From positions 43,899-107,898 of the forward strand of contig NW_005434655.1 in NCBI RefSeq assembly GCF_000315625.1: a DNA stretch of 64,000 bases, in the 5' to 3' direction. Shown piece by piece: positions 25,140 to 41,300 of this stretch (positions are counted from its first letter, which is position 1; each line of letters starts with the position of its first letter). The notes beneath the pieces are model-generated. The model searched no databases, had not been told where the DNA came from, and saw only the letters and a program-made list of their open reading frames with translations. A program made the translations under genes and the position numbers. Source of the stretch: Guillardia theta CCMP2712 (taxonomy: Eukaryota > Protista > Cryptophyta).

Positions 25140-27070
25140 GTCGGCCACGGGCAGGAGATGTTACTCCATCATCTTGCTTCCTACTCTTGATCCTCAGTAC
25201 GTCCGATCTCTTAGCCCCGACGTGCTCTCGAGAAGAGCCTTCACCTTGTCCAGCTTCAGCATCTTGCTGATCGCTGCCCGGCTCTTCCCGTACAACTTAG
25301 GCCGCGACCGGCCCTGTCTCACTCCCGGGGCGAGGGGCGATGGAGAGGCTGAGGGATCACCGGGGAAGAGAAGGTGTGGGGAGGTCTGGGAGGAGAGGAA
25401 GGAGCAGACGAGGCAGTCGGGAACATCGCAGGGGCAGGGAGGAGAGAGCGTAGCGTGTATATGCAAGCTAACAGGAGCTTCTCTGTAACTCAAATAATGA
25501 CAAGCTCCTTTTTACATCTTGCGGGGGGGTACTACCTCACCGAGTGCCTCTGAGTTCAAGTGGCGCACTACTAGGACAGTTACTGGTTACTACCTGAAAC
25601 CTTGTCATCATAGCATCACAAACTTGAGATATCAGGAGAGTCACAATGATTCAGACTGTTAGCGAACGCATTTGTGCAACGGGCTGGAGAGATCGGACAC
25701 CCGGCTACTTCAACAAACTTGACTCATCCTCATATAACGCTGTACGGAAACCAGACAGTAGCATACTTCGGATCGGAGGATGTTTTACTCACCTTGCCAC
25801 GCGGCGATCAGTGAGTGAACTTTCAAAATTGGAAAATCGAAGAATGCTTGTGACAAGTAGAGCGGCGGGATCTGAATACCTTTCTCGATGCAGAAAGTTT
25901 TCATGCTTTCGAGTTTTTGTTTCCACACGAGAGTTTGCATTCTTTCCGCGGCTAAATCCGTCTCGGCCCACATTTTCTTTTTTCCTCATGTTCCAAATCT
26001 CTCTCAGCTTCAATCACTCTGAGTCTCTGATATTCCAAATCTCTCTCAGCCATTCTCAGTCTTTCGCTCCATTCCTGTTGACCGCGACCCTCAGCCTGCG
26101 GTCCAGCTGTAGTCCAGAATCATACCTAGCACGTTTCCGGGACCCTCCTCCATGTCCCTTCCCCATGGAGGGTGAAGGCGGTTCAGGAGAAGATCACAGC
26201 GACCAGGTTTCCGACCCATCATCTTCACCTGAAGAGGAACTGGAGGCAGAGCAATACCGAGCCATCAGGCTCATGTCTTCATCACATTGGCAAAGGCTGC
26301 TACGAAATCAAACGAAGCACGAGCCCTACTGTCAACCGTCTTCATGGCACATCGAGACCGAATCTTGTTTCTCTGCATCTTTCTCGGCTATCATGCCATT
26401 TGCTTCTGGTCGTATTCGTCTTCAAGGCACCTGCAAACAATGGGTCTTGATCCGTGGCATCACGATAAATGTTTTCTTTGTCTCTGCAGTTTCCAAACAG
26501 CTTGCGTGTTGGAGTGCCCATCATCGCAGTGACAGTCATCACACGACGTTTGAAGCCATCCTGGTCGGGTTGACCTTTGAAGCTCATACGACCGGGCACA
26601 TTCGCCTGTGCATTTGAAGGCACCTCACAGCTTTCGGAACGTTCAGTCTGTCCTGGCGAAATTTTGCCAGGCTTTCTGAGAGCTGAGGTAGTTGCGATGG
26701 ATCAAGTAGCTCGCCAGCTATGGGATCCTCCGATGCTACGCGCTTGAAGCATTTCTACCTTCTTACTCGCTATAGATCTCATTGCTCCTCCCCCCTTTCC
26801 CTTACTGAGATACTCCTCCTCCTCCTCCTGCTAGCTCCTCCTCCTCCTGCTAGCTCCTCCTCCTCCTGCTAGCTCCTCCTCCTCCTGCTAGCTCCTCCTT
26901 CTCTGACTCTTTCATGATACCTCCCGGAGTCCTTTCCTTCCAGTAAGTCTTTGGTAGCTCCTCCCTCTCTCGTTAGCTCCTACCCGGCTCTCGGTGACTC
27001 TCCGGAGTCTGATAGCTCCTCTCAAAAACTCTTGGGCCTTCCGCTCTCTCGCATATGCCATCATGATGGC
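25140..27070. pseudogene. Degenerate coding-like mosaic, possibly a transposon relic
   Basis: Protein-like text on both strands, with repeated in-frame stops on the minus strand. Local duplication TTCCAAATCTCTCTCAGC at 25991 and 26033. Short tandem array at ~26815-26900. No diagnostic TE motif recognised. Confidence 0.25.
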
Positions 27071-27576
27071 TGACGCGTCAGTTGGTCGCGATAGCGTGCC
27101 TGGGAGGCCCTGAGAGGTGGCAAAGGTCTACCAGTGCCTCATACCAATGTGGCAGATGCTCAATGACAAGCGAGGAAAGGATAGGGACAGGTGACTGGCT
27201 GGAAAAGTGACCGGTGAAATGAGAAGAGACTCGAACACGAGGAATAAGAAGAAGAGAGGAGAGATAAGGGGAGTGAGGCGAGGCGAGTCGAGAAGATGAC
27301 AAGTACGGAGTGAACCGCAGAATGTTCTAGGAGGGCAGAGCAGACAGAGCAGGCAGGAAGTTAGACTGAGGCAGCGGCTGCTCCCGAGTTGTCAACGTGA
27401 CTGCCAGGGAGAGAGATGTGGTATAGGAATCAACTCAGGAAGCTATGGGAGAAGGTTACAGGCGTGAGAGGGGCACGAATAAATTGCAAGTATCAGTGTA
27501 CTGTTGACCATCACTGTAAACAGTACATAATAACACAAGCACTAGTACATGATGTCATCAGTGGACATCTCATACG

Positions 27577-30515
27577 TTAAGCCGAGCCGACCGCCATAGA
27601 AAACTGTTCAGGAGCCACTCCCATCTGAAACTCAGGCTGAGGGAGGAGCTGGACCGCCGGCGCACCCGAGGGAGCCTGCTGGGAGGGTTGCCGGGAAGAA
27701 AACTGGGACGGGTACTGGCCCGAGTACGGCGAGTAATGGGGAGAAACCGCCTGGGGTGAGGAAATAGGCTTTGCGGGGCCATGGAACTCCATGACATGAT
27801 TGTAGTCCATCATTTCACGGTGAGGCTTGTCGGCGGGGACGTGCTTGCCTCTGTACGGGGCAGGGGCATCCTCATCATGGACCTCCACCTGAGACTCCAC
27901 CTGCAGGTCGAGCTGAGAGATGACAAAGGGGTACATGATGAGACAGGCGAAGAAGTCCTCGAAGGCTGACCCGTAGACCTTGTAAGCAAGCCTTGCTTGC
28001 AACCTCGTTGCGGTCAGATGAGCGGCGAAGAAAATGTACATGGTCCATCCCACGTAGGCAGCGTTGGTGGTGCCGACCTCTCCGATCATGCAACCGATCC
28101 ATGTGATGAAGAGCATGCCTGTGATAGCCGTGTGCACGATCGCCACGTTGTTGTAGAACTTGTGGTGGACCTTGTGGATGGTGATGAAGGGAGCGAAGAT
28201 AGAGATCACGAGAGATCTGATCCGCCTCTGCAGCCCTGGCTCGAGCTCAGATGGGATGCCTGCTGGTTGGAAGCCATCAGCCCAGTCGAAGAGCCCGACG
28301 ATGAAGCGAGTCGACGAGTGAATGTCCTCTTCCATCATGTCGTACTTGCACGCTCTCAGCAACGCCGTGCACATGAGGCAGATGGCGATGGTGAGCGGGA
28401 GACCAGAGCAGATGGAGACGGCCCTCAGCGCTGTGAGAGCATCCGATCCTCCCGCATAGAGGATGGCAGTAGCGCACGCTCCCTCTGTGATGGCCCAGTA
28501 GACGCGCTGAAGGACCGGAGGATGCGCCATACCTCCTGCAGAGAGGATGTCGTCGACGTAAGAGCCTGAATCAGACGAGGTCACGAAGTAGAGGACAACG
28601 CCGATGACGGAGATGAGCTTGAGATACGTTGCGATGCCTTTGCCATACGGCTCCATAACATCGAAAAAGACATCGTCGGGGTTTCTGCAGGGAAGCGCAT
28701 AGTATCCAACCTCAGCGAGCTTCCTGGCGGCAACAGACTGAGGCTGACCATCGCCTGCAAGCATGTCAAACGTTTACCAACCTGTCCAGAAACAAGACTT
28801 ACTGTAGCCCATCGCCGTGCAGTTGACCATCCCCGTCTTCCATATCTGCTCATAATTCGTAGTCTTTGGATCCAAAAGAGAAAGCTCGGCCACCCTCTCC
28901 ATCTTGATACCGAGAGATCCCATGACGACTAAGAAGAAGAAGCTGTAAAAGATAGGGGCTGCAATCGCTCCCATGAAGATCTGACGCAAGGTCCTGCCTC
29001 GCGAGATGGTCGCAACGAACATGCCGACAAAGGGGGCCCATGAGATCCACCAGCCCCAGTAGAAGATGGTCCACCATCCGATCCAATTGGAGCTTTGTGA
29101 CCCAAACGCAGTGTCGGGTTCCGTCAGAGGGCGTCCGATGGCTTTGGTCACGGTATCGTAGAGCTTGTTGGAGCCTGAGTCCCAGAGCTTGTTATCTCCG
29201 TTGTTTCTGAACTCAAAGTTGAGCTGAGGCCATGTATCGCACTCGAACCCGACTTGAATCACGTAAGTGATGTAGTGACCCAGAGACTGCACGTAGGAGT
29301 TCAACAAGAACCAGGTGTCGTCGGTCAACAGGAGCATCACGAGCAACATGTTGCCCAGACCGAAGGCAACCAGGGAGAGAGCCTTGATTCCGTGGTTGAG
29401 CCCCGTGACGACCGAGACTGTCGCAATCAGGGTGATGATCCAGATGGCTCCAACTATTGAAAGCATCAATGCACCAGCAAATGTTCTTGTCGGCATGTCA
29501 AACTTACCTTGCCAAACCCTGGCAGTGTGCGAGCCATCGTTGGTGGGAATGTCGCTGACGCAATCAATCCCTCCACCGCAGTCTATTCTCCGAAGGCCGT
29601 GGACCATCGTCATGACACCAAACCCAAGGGAGGTGCAGACACCAAAGGTGGTACAGGCCATGGCGACAGAGTCAATGATGTCGCCAACAAAGCCATCGAT
29701 CACATGCCCAACGAGGGGGAAGAAAGCTTGACGCACTGCAACAAACAACTTGTCAGGATAACATGAAAGCGCTACAAGTGCGACAGGTTCTCACATGTCA
29801 ACGGCCTATCCCATCGGAAGGCGACAAAGCCGAGGACCATCGCAACGATGATGTAGCAAGCCCACGCGTGGATGCCCCAATGGTAGAGGGTGATGAAGAT
29901 CGCCTGCTGGGCTCGCTGGTCGTCGTTCAACCACCCGGGCTTGTACAAGACGTTGTAGTAAGAAGCTCTGTAATAAGTAAGAGGCTCTCGCACGCCATAG
30001 AAGTAGAAGCCAACGGCTATGCCACTGCAAAAGAGCATGACGAACCAAGAGAAGTCGCTGAACGCGGGCTTCTCATCATCCTTCCCGAGCTTGATGTTTC
30101 CGTACTTGGAGAAGGCGATGTACACCACGAAGACGCACCAAATATCTTGTGTGAAGATGTAAAACCACGTGAAGTTCTGCGTGATCCAAGGTTGCCACGT
30201 GTTGTTGAACTCAAGGAGAGCAACGTTGATTCCCTGTGCGTTGTCTTGAGCCGTCAAGACTACGATGATGAACACCCACAGGATCACTGACGCTAACAGG
30301 GAAACGACCCAGTTGAATCTCAGCAGTGGGAAGTCTCCAACATTGATGGCCACCCATCGGCTGGGCCTCACGTACTGGAGCAGGTTCTCCTCCAGGTTGA
30401 AGTCTACGATGGGCTGAGTGTGCTTCTCGCGGGGGTTCAGGGGGATGACGGGGAGCTTCCCGCCCATCGCAGCGAGCGATTCCGGCTTCTGGATGTCCTC
30501 GAGATCGGTAGCCAT
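27577..30515 (-). CDS. BCCT family (betaine/carnitine/choline) transporter, multi-exon
   Basis: Motifs FSDFSWFVMLFCSGIAVGFYFYGVREP, HWGIHAW, GVCTSLGFG, WTIFYWGWWISWAPFVGMFVATISRGRT, YFVTSSDSGS. Confidence 0.95.
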
Positions 30516-31858
30516 GGTCTCCTGTCACCTCGAGCTTGGCAGGGATGAAGGAGCAGCGAGCAAGTCCAGCTTGCGGCGACGCTCACTGTTATTATCCTTC
30601 CGCCCCACCCCTCTAAACAAGCTTGTATCTTTGCTTCCCAATCAGTACTACGGTACTTGACCAGTGGTATCGTGACCTCTACCCCTCCTTTTGACGAGGC
30701 TCAGACCCTACCTTTCGGGGGGAAGCTAACCTCCCGCTTCACCACCCCCTCTTCATCCTTGGATCTCGACAATGAACGTGCCTTCTCCCCCATTTGAATT
30801 GCAGCCACACGATCCCTGCACCGCTCGGTGTAAATGTCAGATGAAACGTTGGGGTTTGGCACTCGCATACTCGAAAGGGATCGATTTCGAGACAGTACTT
30901 CTGTTTGACCACTTAGACTACCTCAAGTCCAGTTTGACCACACTTTGACCAACGATGGTCAACCATCTGGCGGAAACAAGCCTAGAAGGTCAAACTTCCG
31001 AAGTTGCCCGTCACTTTCAGCACGGTTGGGCCCTCACGGTCTTTACTACTCAAAGTTAAGTTCAAGTTACGGCTGGTGGCAACTTACCGGAAAAAAAAAA
31101 ACTGGGCATGAGGTTGGGAAGTTTTTGTTGTGAGTTTTCAGTAGTGATTTTTAACTTAACTTTGAGTAAAAGGACAATCATCAGCCTGAACCTGGAAAGT
31201 TCTCGCCGTGACCGTTTGGCCGGCCCTGAGGCTGTGCGACCACCGATTGTCCTCGAACTGCTTTTTTAACTTAACTTTTGAGTAAAAAAACCGTGGCACG
31301 GTACGGTGAATAAACTTGAAAGTTCCCGGCGGCCGCCGAGTCAGCCGGGCTCGGACAGCCTGTGAGTCCCGGAGTTCCGGACCGCCGTCGGTCTGAACTC
31401 AGGCTCGGAGGGCCCGGCGCGCCCGGCGCGTGACGGAGCACCGTGGCACAAGTTTGTTACTGTTACTCGGACTTGTACTGTGTCAAAGTAATGCCAGATA
31501 TCATACGACCTTAATTACCGTACAGCAGTAAGACAGTTTTTGCTCAAGACCGAGTTTAATCTGGCATTGCACTGCGGCACAAAGTTCGCCGGACCGTAGG
31601 CTCAGTGCCACCGCACGGTCACCGGGTGAGGAGCATATGAGAGATAGACCGTTCTGTATGCTAGGATGCCAGAAACCCGGCAAGCATCCAGACATGAGAG
31701 GACCAGGCTTAGCAAGACGGCTAGGAAGGCCTCCTCTTCGGAGTCGCCGGGCCGCCGTCCCGGCGGCGGCCCGCGGCGCCGGGCGCGGCGCGTGACTGAG
31801 GCGTCACATGATACTAATAAGTGAAATACCAAAGCCCACATCCCCCAACTTACCCAGG

Positions 31859-33092
31859 ATGGAAATGGCAGGAGAGAGCGGAGACGGAGGGGAAGAAGGA
31901 GCGGGAGGGGAGAGAGGAGGGCAGGAGCCCATCACAACCCAGACCGTGGATCACGATGATGGCTTCAAGAAGCCCTCCCTCCCTACAGCTCACTTTGCCA
32001 TGCCGCCACCTCCCTCCCATCCGAAGGGTGAAGCGTCCTCGGAGTCAGCAGCAGGACAGGCACCAGGAGGTTCAGGGGGCTATGAGAAGCCGCCATGGGC
32101 GGGAGTCCCACCAGCAGACAAGTTTCCTTACTTCCTCGAGGTCCTGAAGAACGGAACCATTGTTGAGAAGATCGACTTGCAGAACAAAGACGCGTTCCTG
32201 GTCGGCAGGAACGCAGACGTGTGCGATGTTGTGCTGGACCACCCTTCCATCTCTCGACAGCATGCTGTGATCCAGCTCAAGGAAGATGGAGAAGCGTTCA
32301 TATACGACATGAGCACTCACGGGACGAGGATCAACAAGAAGCAGCTGAAGACGCAGGTGTATGCCAAGATCGGGGTAGGAGACGTGATGCAGTTCGGACA
32401 AGTGAGTTTGTGTGTGCGATGCAGAGGATCTTTTTGCAGTCAGCTGACATGAGAGCTAGTCAAGTAGGCACTTGATCTTCAATGGGCCTGAGCATCTCAT
32501 CAAGGTTTTGCAGTGAAGAGTCGATAGCGCTCTGACTCTGCTGCAGTCGGTGGAAGGCGGGTGGGGATACAAGAAGCGTCCGCAGGAACAAGCACCTTCA
32601 CAGCCTCCTCCTCCTAGGAAACCAGTGGCAAAGTTGCTTCCTAAGTTGACTGAAGATGGTGGACCGCACGCGCTGTTCAAGCGGCAGGATGAAGGAGCAT
32701 CTTGGTACGTTAGCAGCACAGAGTTGAGATGACATTGAGTTTCTGCCAGGGGGTTTGGGGATGATGCGGAGGAGGAGGAGGAGGAGGAGACGTCAGATGT
32801 CATCGAAGAAGCGCGACAGCTGAAGGAGAGTGGTCAGCTCACAGAGAAACAAGAGCAAGTGCTTGAGAAACTTGAGAAGAAACTCCTGAAGATCAGCAAC
32901 ATTCGTGACGAAATCAAGAAGATCAAAAAGAAAGAAGATGGTGGCGATGAGCTGACAGCGGGACAGGTTGAAACAGCAGATAGATGCGTATGATGATGAT
33001 GATGAACAAGAACAAGAAGAAGAAGAAAATGATGATGAAGAAGAAGATGAAGATGATGATGAAGAAGATGAAGATGAAGATGATGATAATTA

Positions 33093-33124
<32 letters not shown>

Positions 33125-35160
33125 ACGATGATGATATTGTCCAACAGGTGAATGCGATTCAAAGAGGAGAAGAAAGAATCAAGAAGATAGAAGAAGACAT
33201 GGTGCCGATGGAAGAAAACCTCTCAGGTCTTTCGAATTTGCAGAGCTGAACAGTCTTGACTGAGAAGTCTGAAATTTTCTTCAGAGCTTTTGAGGCAACT
33301 CAAAGGAATTTCAAATCCCTCCAAGACGAAGTCGTCTCGCCATGCCAAGCACTCGAGCGACGAAGAAGACTTGGACTCGGACGACGATGAGTTCTACGAC
33401 AGTGAGAGGAGGAAGAGGGGATGGGATGGGATGGGAGGGGAGGAGAGGGGGCTGCTGATGTCAACTGGTAGGAACGAAGTTGAAGAAAAAATCCTTGTCG
33501 AACAAGGAGCAACCTCAGAACATCAAGGTTTTTCTGATCTCTCCTCTCCCCACTCACTCACTCCCTTCCTCTAGACCTTGCAGGAGAGGAAAGTCGTCGT
33601 CGAAAAGGAGTTGAAGGAGTTGAAGGCAAGGATCTCAAACTCCCCCTCCTCCCCCTTTACCCTAAACCTCGCCCCTCCTCCATCTTCCTCCCTCCCTCCC
33701 TCCCTCCCTCCCTCCCTCCCTCCCTCCCTCCCTCCCTCTCCCTCTCCCTCTCTCGCTCTCTCCGTCATGTTTTTACCTCCTTTCCCTCACGCTGTTCGTT
33801 TCTCTCGTGGTGTAGGAGGAGATGAGCCGCGCGGAGAAAGCAGAAGGCGACGGGGCCGGGGAGGAAGAAGACAGTTTGGACTCCTACCTGCATGTGCTCA
33901 CTGGAGCCTGTAGAGACTTGCCGGGCAATGACGATCATTCGCAGGACATGAACAAGAAGCAGAAGGCGGCAGAGCGGGCGAGCAAGGTCAGGAAGATCAA
34001 GGAGCTGGAGGCAGAGACGGTCAAGATAGACAAGCTTGTCAAGATCTTGACTCCGGCCATCTCGATCTCCGCTCCCCTCAAGGCAGCAGCTTCGGTACTC
34101 CTTTCTGCTGTTCGACCTGCTGCTACTTCTGCTGCTGTTCCTCCTCTCTTCCTCCTCCTCCTCCTCCTCCTCCTCCCGTCCCCTGCCTTCGCCTCCCCTG
34201 CCTCCTCTCTCCCTCTTTCCTGCTGAAACTTTCTTGAAGGCATTCAAGTTCAAATCTTCCACCGTCACTGCTCCTCGCCCTCCCTCGGCTGCTGTCCCCG
34301 CGCTCTCGGTTGATTCCAGCGCGAAGAAGGTCGAGGAAGAGAAGAAGAGCCCAGCAAAGGCTCCAGCAGAGGCCAAGGAGGAGAAAATACCTCCTCCTCC
34401 TCCTCCTCCTTCTCATGTCAAGACTGCTGAAGCCCCGCCCCCTCACGCCCCGCCCTCCTCCGGGGAGGAGGCCGCGGCGATGCCTACGGAGAACGGCAGT
34501 GGTGGGAAGAGAAAGGAGGCTGAGCAGCCTCAAGCTCAAGACCCTCCTGCCAAGAAACTTCGCCCGCAGCAGCAAGCCGAGGAGCCGACCAAGAACCCCG
34601 AGGTTCTCCTTCAACCGCCCTGCTCTCTTCTGCTGACCCTTACCCTTCTCCAGGTCCCAAGCTTCGTAGACTTCCAGCGCGGAGGACTGTACGTTTCCAC
34701 TTCCTTTCCCCTTCCTCCTCTTTCTTCATCTTCCCCTTCCTGGTCTCCCTCCCCTCCCCTTTCCTCTCCTCCCTTCTCCTGCCTCCTTTCCATTCTCACT
34801 TCCCGCTTCCATCCACATAATTCTCCTTCTCCCCCCTCCCCTTCTTCCTGTCCGTACTTGAATGTCGCGCAATGACGGGGTGGGCGCAGGTACCGAGCCA
34901 AGACGAAGGAGGGAGACAAGAAGGAGACTCAGGCGGTAGTAGTCGCGCTCGACCGTCTCCTCTCTAGCTCAAGACTGTCTGTAGGTGGAGATGGCTGAGC
35001 CGCCCAAGTCGAGCATGCCGGAGTACGTGGAGGAGGAAGACGCCTCGTGGGTCCCTCCTATGGGACAGACTGGTCCTGCATGCTCCTGCTCTTGCGCTCG
35101 CCGTGACGAGACCATACAGGCGACGGGCGCACTTCCTTGAACGAGAAGTTCGGATACTGA
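31859..35160 (+). CDS. SLC4A1AP: Kanadaptin-like FHA-domain protein, multi-exon
   Basis: YEKPPWA...LEVLKNG...GRNADVCDVVLDHPSISRQHAVIQ...STHGT (FHA domain), DSDDDEFYD, DSLDSY, and the characteristic C-terminus WVPPMGQTGDGRTSLNEKFGY-stop. Confidence 0.9.
32990..33136. repeat. Intronic (GAT/GAA)n microsatellite
   Basis: Sits inside a GT...AG intron of the kanadaptin gene. Confidence 0.85.
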
Positions 35161-35629
35161 GATGCAGACGAGGTCGCGAGGCGCTGGAGGAGTGGCTAGG
35201 GTAGAGGACAAAGGGGAAGAGAGTAAGAGAGCATGAGGAGGAGGAGGAGGAGGAGGAGGAGGAGGAGGAGGAGGAGGAAGAGGAGGAGGAGTGAACAAAC
35301 GGGTCAGGTATAAGCATTCACTAGGTTCACATCACTCACTAACTTAATAAAGCTTTCACCTGCAGCATTGCCATCAGCATTCGAAGAAGCGACATCTATC
35401 AGATGGGCGGGAGGGAGGAGAGGGAGAGGAAGGAGCATTGAGCGGCTGTGTGCGCATGTAAACTAACAAGAGGCTCATAGACTGGAGCCCCTTGCACTCT
35501 CTACGCGATGATATCGCATGTTTGTCTTCGAGAGACGCGCACGGGTGGTCACGTCCCTCGCTTTTGACATGCTTTCCCAGCTCCTCCCCTCACGTTTCTC
35601 AGCTCGCTGCCTCGATGTTTCTCACCTCA

Positions 35630-37976
<2,347 letters not shown>

Positions 37977-38346
37977 GCCGCACGTGCCTCGGATCCTCCA
38001 GGCTGCCCTCCAATACCGGTAAAATACCCTCTCTACCACAGTTATAAGATTTGGTCATCATAAAATATTTTAGAAATTATTCTGTACCGATTTATATTTC
38101 TTTGCACCCTCTTGCATTTCAAAAACAATATAGAAACTTCCCTGTTGTACATCTCAAAAATTGACTATTTTCATCATACCACCAAGTTTTGCAATTGTAC
38201 CAATTTATACAATTTAAATATTTTTATGACATTGATTCTGGAACAAGCGGGCTGTATGAGGGCAGGTATGAGGGTACATGCCAAAGTGCTGTATGAGGGC
38301 TGAAAGAAACGACCCCGACCGAAACCAGTGAGCCCGGTGCTGCGCA

Positions 38347-41300
38347 ATGGCGATGGCGACTTGGAAGGCTACTTCAGGTCGCTAGAGGGCGCGCCATGCT
38401 GTCTCGAGACTCCTGATGCTTGACTTGCCCACAGCAGGAAGAGAGATGATCGTTCTCCTGCTCCTCATGGGGTGATTCCTCACCCCCCCTCCTTGCCACT
38501 GCTCACTGCTATGGATTATGTTTGCAGGTTGCAGACGGCCCGGGCGTTAGAGCTGGCGTCCTCGACCTCTCTAGCGGCAGCTCAGAGTCCGTCATTGACC
38601 ATGTTTGTTGTCATGGCTGACTTGCTCTCTTCAGCGATGTCGGCGATACAGTCCGGACTTCATAAGTACGCTATCGGTCCTTGCCTTGTTGTTTGATCCA
38701 ATCTAGGGCATTCTCGGTGCTGCCATCCATACCCGCACCATGGGTAAAGAGCGATCTCTCATCTCCTGATCGCCATGGTTTTCGTGCTTCAACATGATCG
38801 TGACGATGCAGATGGTGGTGGCCATGGTCGTCGAGTTTGCCTCGGACATCCAGTGGTACAAACGAATGACTTCCCTTCTGTGGCAGACTATACTCGGTGA
38901 ACCTCGCGCTGGAAGAGTGTGCAGGAGGAGGCTGAGGGATGGTGTCTCCAATGGCAGGACGCGGGAAAGAAGCTCGATGCAGCCTCTGCGACGAGGTAGT
39001 CAACCACATCCTTGACTTCGGCGATACCAAGGTCAATCGCGTGGGATGAGGAGGATGATATGTTGCTGAAACGTACCGGGTGGCAGGAGGCACTGGAGGA
39101 CAACGGTAGAGGAGTTGGACGTGCTGTGAACAAGGTTGATCCAGTTGTCCTCAGGATTCTGCGAGGACCTGTGTCCTTTCAAGTTCCGCAGATGTGTGGA
39201 CATGTGTGAGAAGGTTAAGATTGTTTGGATGCCCCCCCCCCCCCCCCCCCTATCTCAGTCGTCATACTGTACAGCTGATCAAGTCCATCACAACGAGCTC
39301 CAAGTTTCCCTGTGAGGTGAGAGAGCGCGCATCAGATGAGAGACGTTCAGAGGTGTTAGCCAACACGTGCAGGCTATCGGAGCGTGCCCCGAGCTCGACG
39401 AGTTTGGGGAGGAGATCCAGTGCAAATATCAGGAATGATGCTTCCTCCCATGCTCCTGCTGCTCGCTGACGGCATCATCGCAGATGGGATCAGGTTGCAC
39501 ACCATCGCACATGTGCAAGCTCAAAGCTCGATGTGCGGCCTTCCTTTACTCCTTCCATGCTGTCTGAACGCTGCTCCTGAACAGTACCGATGCCGAGGTG
39601 CGAGCTCAAGGACGGGTACAAGCAGGCGATCCGAGACTCTCTCTGCCTCTCGCACAACTGATGCTCCTCCAGTGGAAGAAGTACAAGATGGTTCTGTTCG
39701 AGAACGTGGGTGCCCTGGCAGAGGCTGTCAAGAAATTGCCCAAGGCAGGACGATCGTCATTGAATCGCTAGGCCAAGAGACCTGACGCCTTGTTTGTGAC
39801 ATTCAGTGCGGAGAGGAAGGAGCTTCTGAAGTCTTCTGCGTGAACGAAGCAACTGGTTTCAGCCTGATCTGCGAATATCTCGGATACTTCCTGGTGAGGT
39901 GAGCTGCTGCTGGGGACTGTGTTAACCCTGTCGAGCCAAGGTGTTTGTCGTTGGATCCTTCAACTCCATTCGTGCCATCGAGACCAAGGGCGGAGACGAC
40001 GACAGACAATGGTGGGTGAGAGACGTGCTGCTTGTCGAGTCATCGCCTGTGTCGCCAGGCTGACGTTCTGGGTGATCTACTTCATCTTCTCAATGGTGGA
40101 GAGATTCTCTTCGGTTCTTCTGTCCCGCCTGCCCGTCTACTATGAAGTGAAGGTGACGGGAGGCTGGAGGCGAGAGCGTGCTGTAAGAGTCTTCCTCAGC
40201 TTCTGCTCGTCATCTGGCTGTTTCCTCCCTTCTACGGGGCAAGATGGTGTTACGTGACAATCCATCGGTGGGGAGAGGAGCAGAGCGTAGGTGATTGACT
40301 TGGTCTGCCAGCACGTTCTCCACCCTTCGCAATCATTGGCTGATAAGATATGCGTTATCCTCTATGCTCGTTCGCTTCTATGGCATGTCGAAGGTTCGTG
40401 AGGGAGAAGTGGGGAGGAAGAGGAGACGATGTAGGAGGGGAGGAGGGGAGGAGGAGGAGGAGGAGGAGGAGGAGGAGGAGGAGGAGGCAGTCAAAGGAGA
40501 AATTGGGGTTGAGATTACCAAAGTGATGATCGCGAGTTGTGCAGGAAGAAGTTGTCATCTGGTTGGGACAGCAAAAATCGGTTGAATGATTTGAATCTCT
40601 TTGACACGTTCGGGGGTGACGTTGTTGCAGGAAACGGCCATCGAGTATGTTCTTCGTAGCAGGCAGGTGTTGGAGCTAGGAGAGATCGAGCGAGAACTGC
40701 TCTAATCCTAGAGAGCAGGAGGTCAAGGATCAGCTGCTAGTTCAGTCCTTTGTTGAGAACGCTCTTGACAAGGCAAGCAAGGACGACAGGTGGGGCTAAG
40801 CTGGATCCAACGAGCTTGACGTTGGCGCAAGGTTTGATTCAAGGGTCCTGTCAGAGTTTGAAGGCTTGAAGAACGCATACCCGTCGTATTGGGCAAGTCA
40901 GTCTGCCGACGAAGATAACTTGTTGATTCTCCTTCTCCCCAGGGTTTTTCCTTTGCTCAGGTCTTGAGCACGGCCTCGTCCTCCAAGGTGAAGCGCGGGA
41001 GGTGCTGGAAGGAACTGACCTGCTGGTAGTTTGAAGCAGTCGTTGCCCCTGAAGTCTCGGCCTTGCTGCCGTCTCCTCCCCACTATGACATTCGTGCAGA
41101 TCGCAGCAACAATCGAAGCTCGGCAGCCCGTGAAGAGCAGCCAGGACAAGGAGGCGGCGGAAAAGTACCTGGAGGACCTGAAGAGAGGTGGCGAGAGTGA
41201 CGGGGAAGCTTCGAGTGAGGCGATGCCTGGCAGTGATCAGAGTGGAGAGAAGCATCGGCGAGGCCCTCGACCTCGCGCATGAGACGGTCAGGTCAAGACG

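Noticed and set aside
26815-26900. Short direct-repeat array as a possible CRISPR
   Set aside because: No unique spacers, no cas genes, and a eukaryotic context.
32968-33249. Asp/Glu-rich 93-aa ORF
   Set aside because: The GAT/GAA tract is inside an intron. The upstream exon frame hits TGA, and splicing gives ELTAGQ-VNAIQRGEERI.
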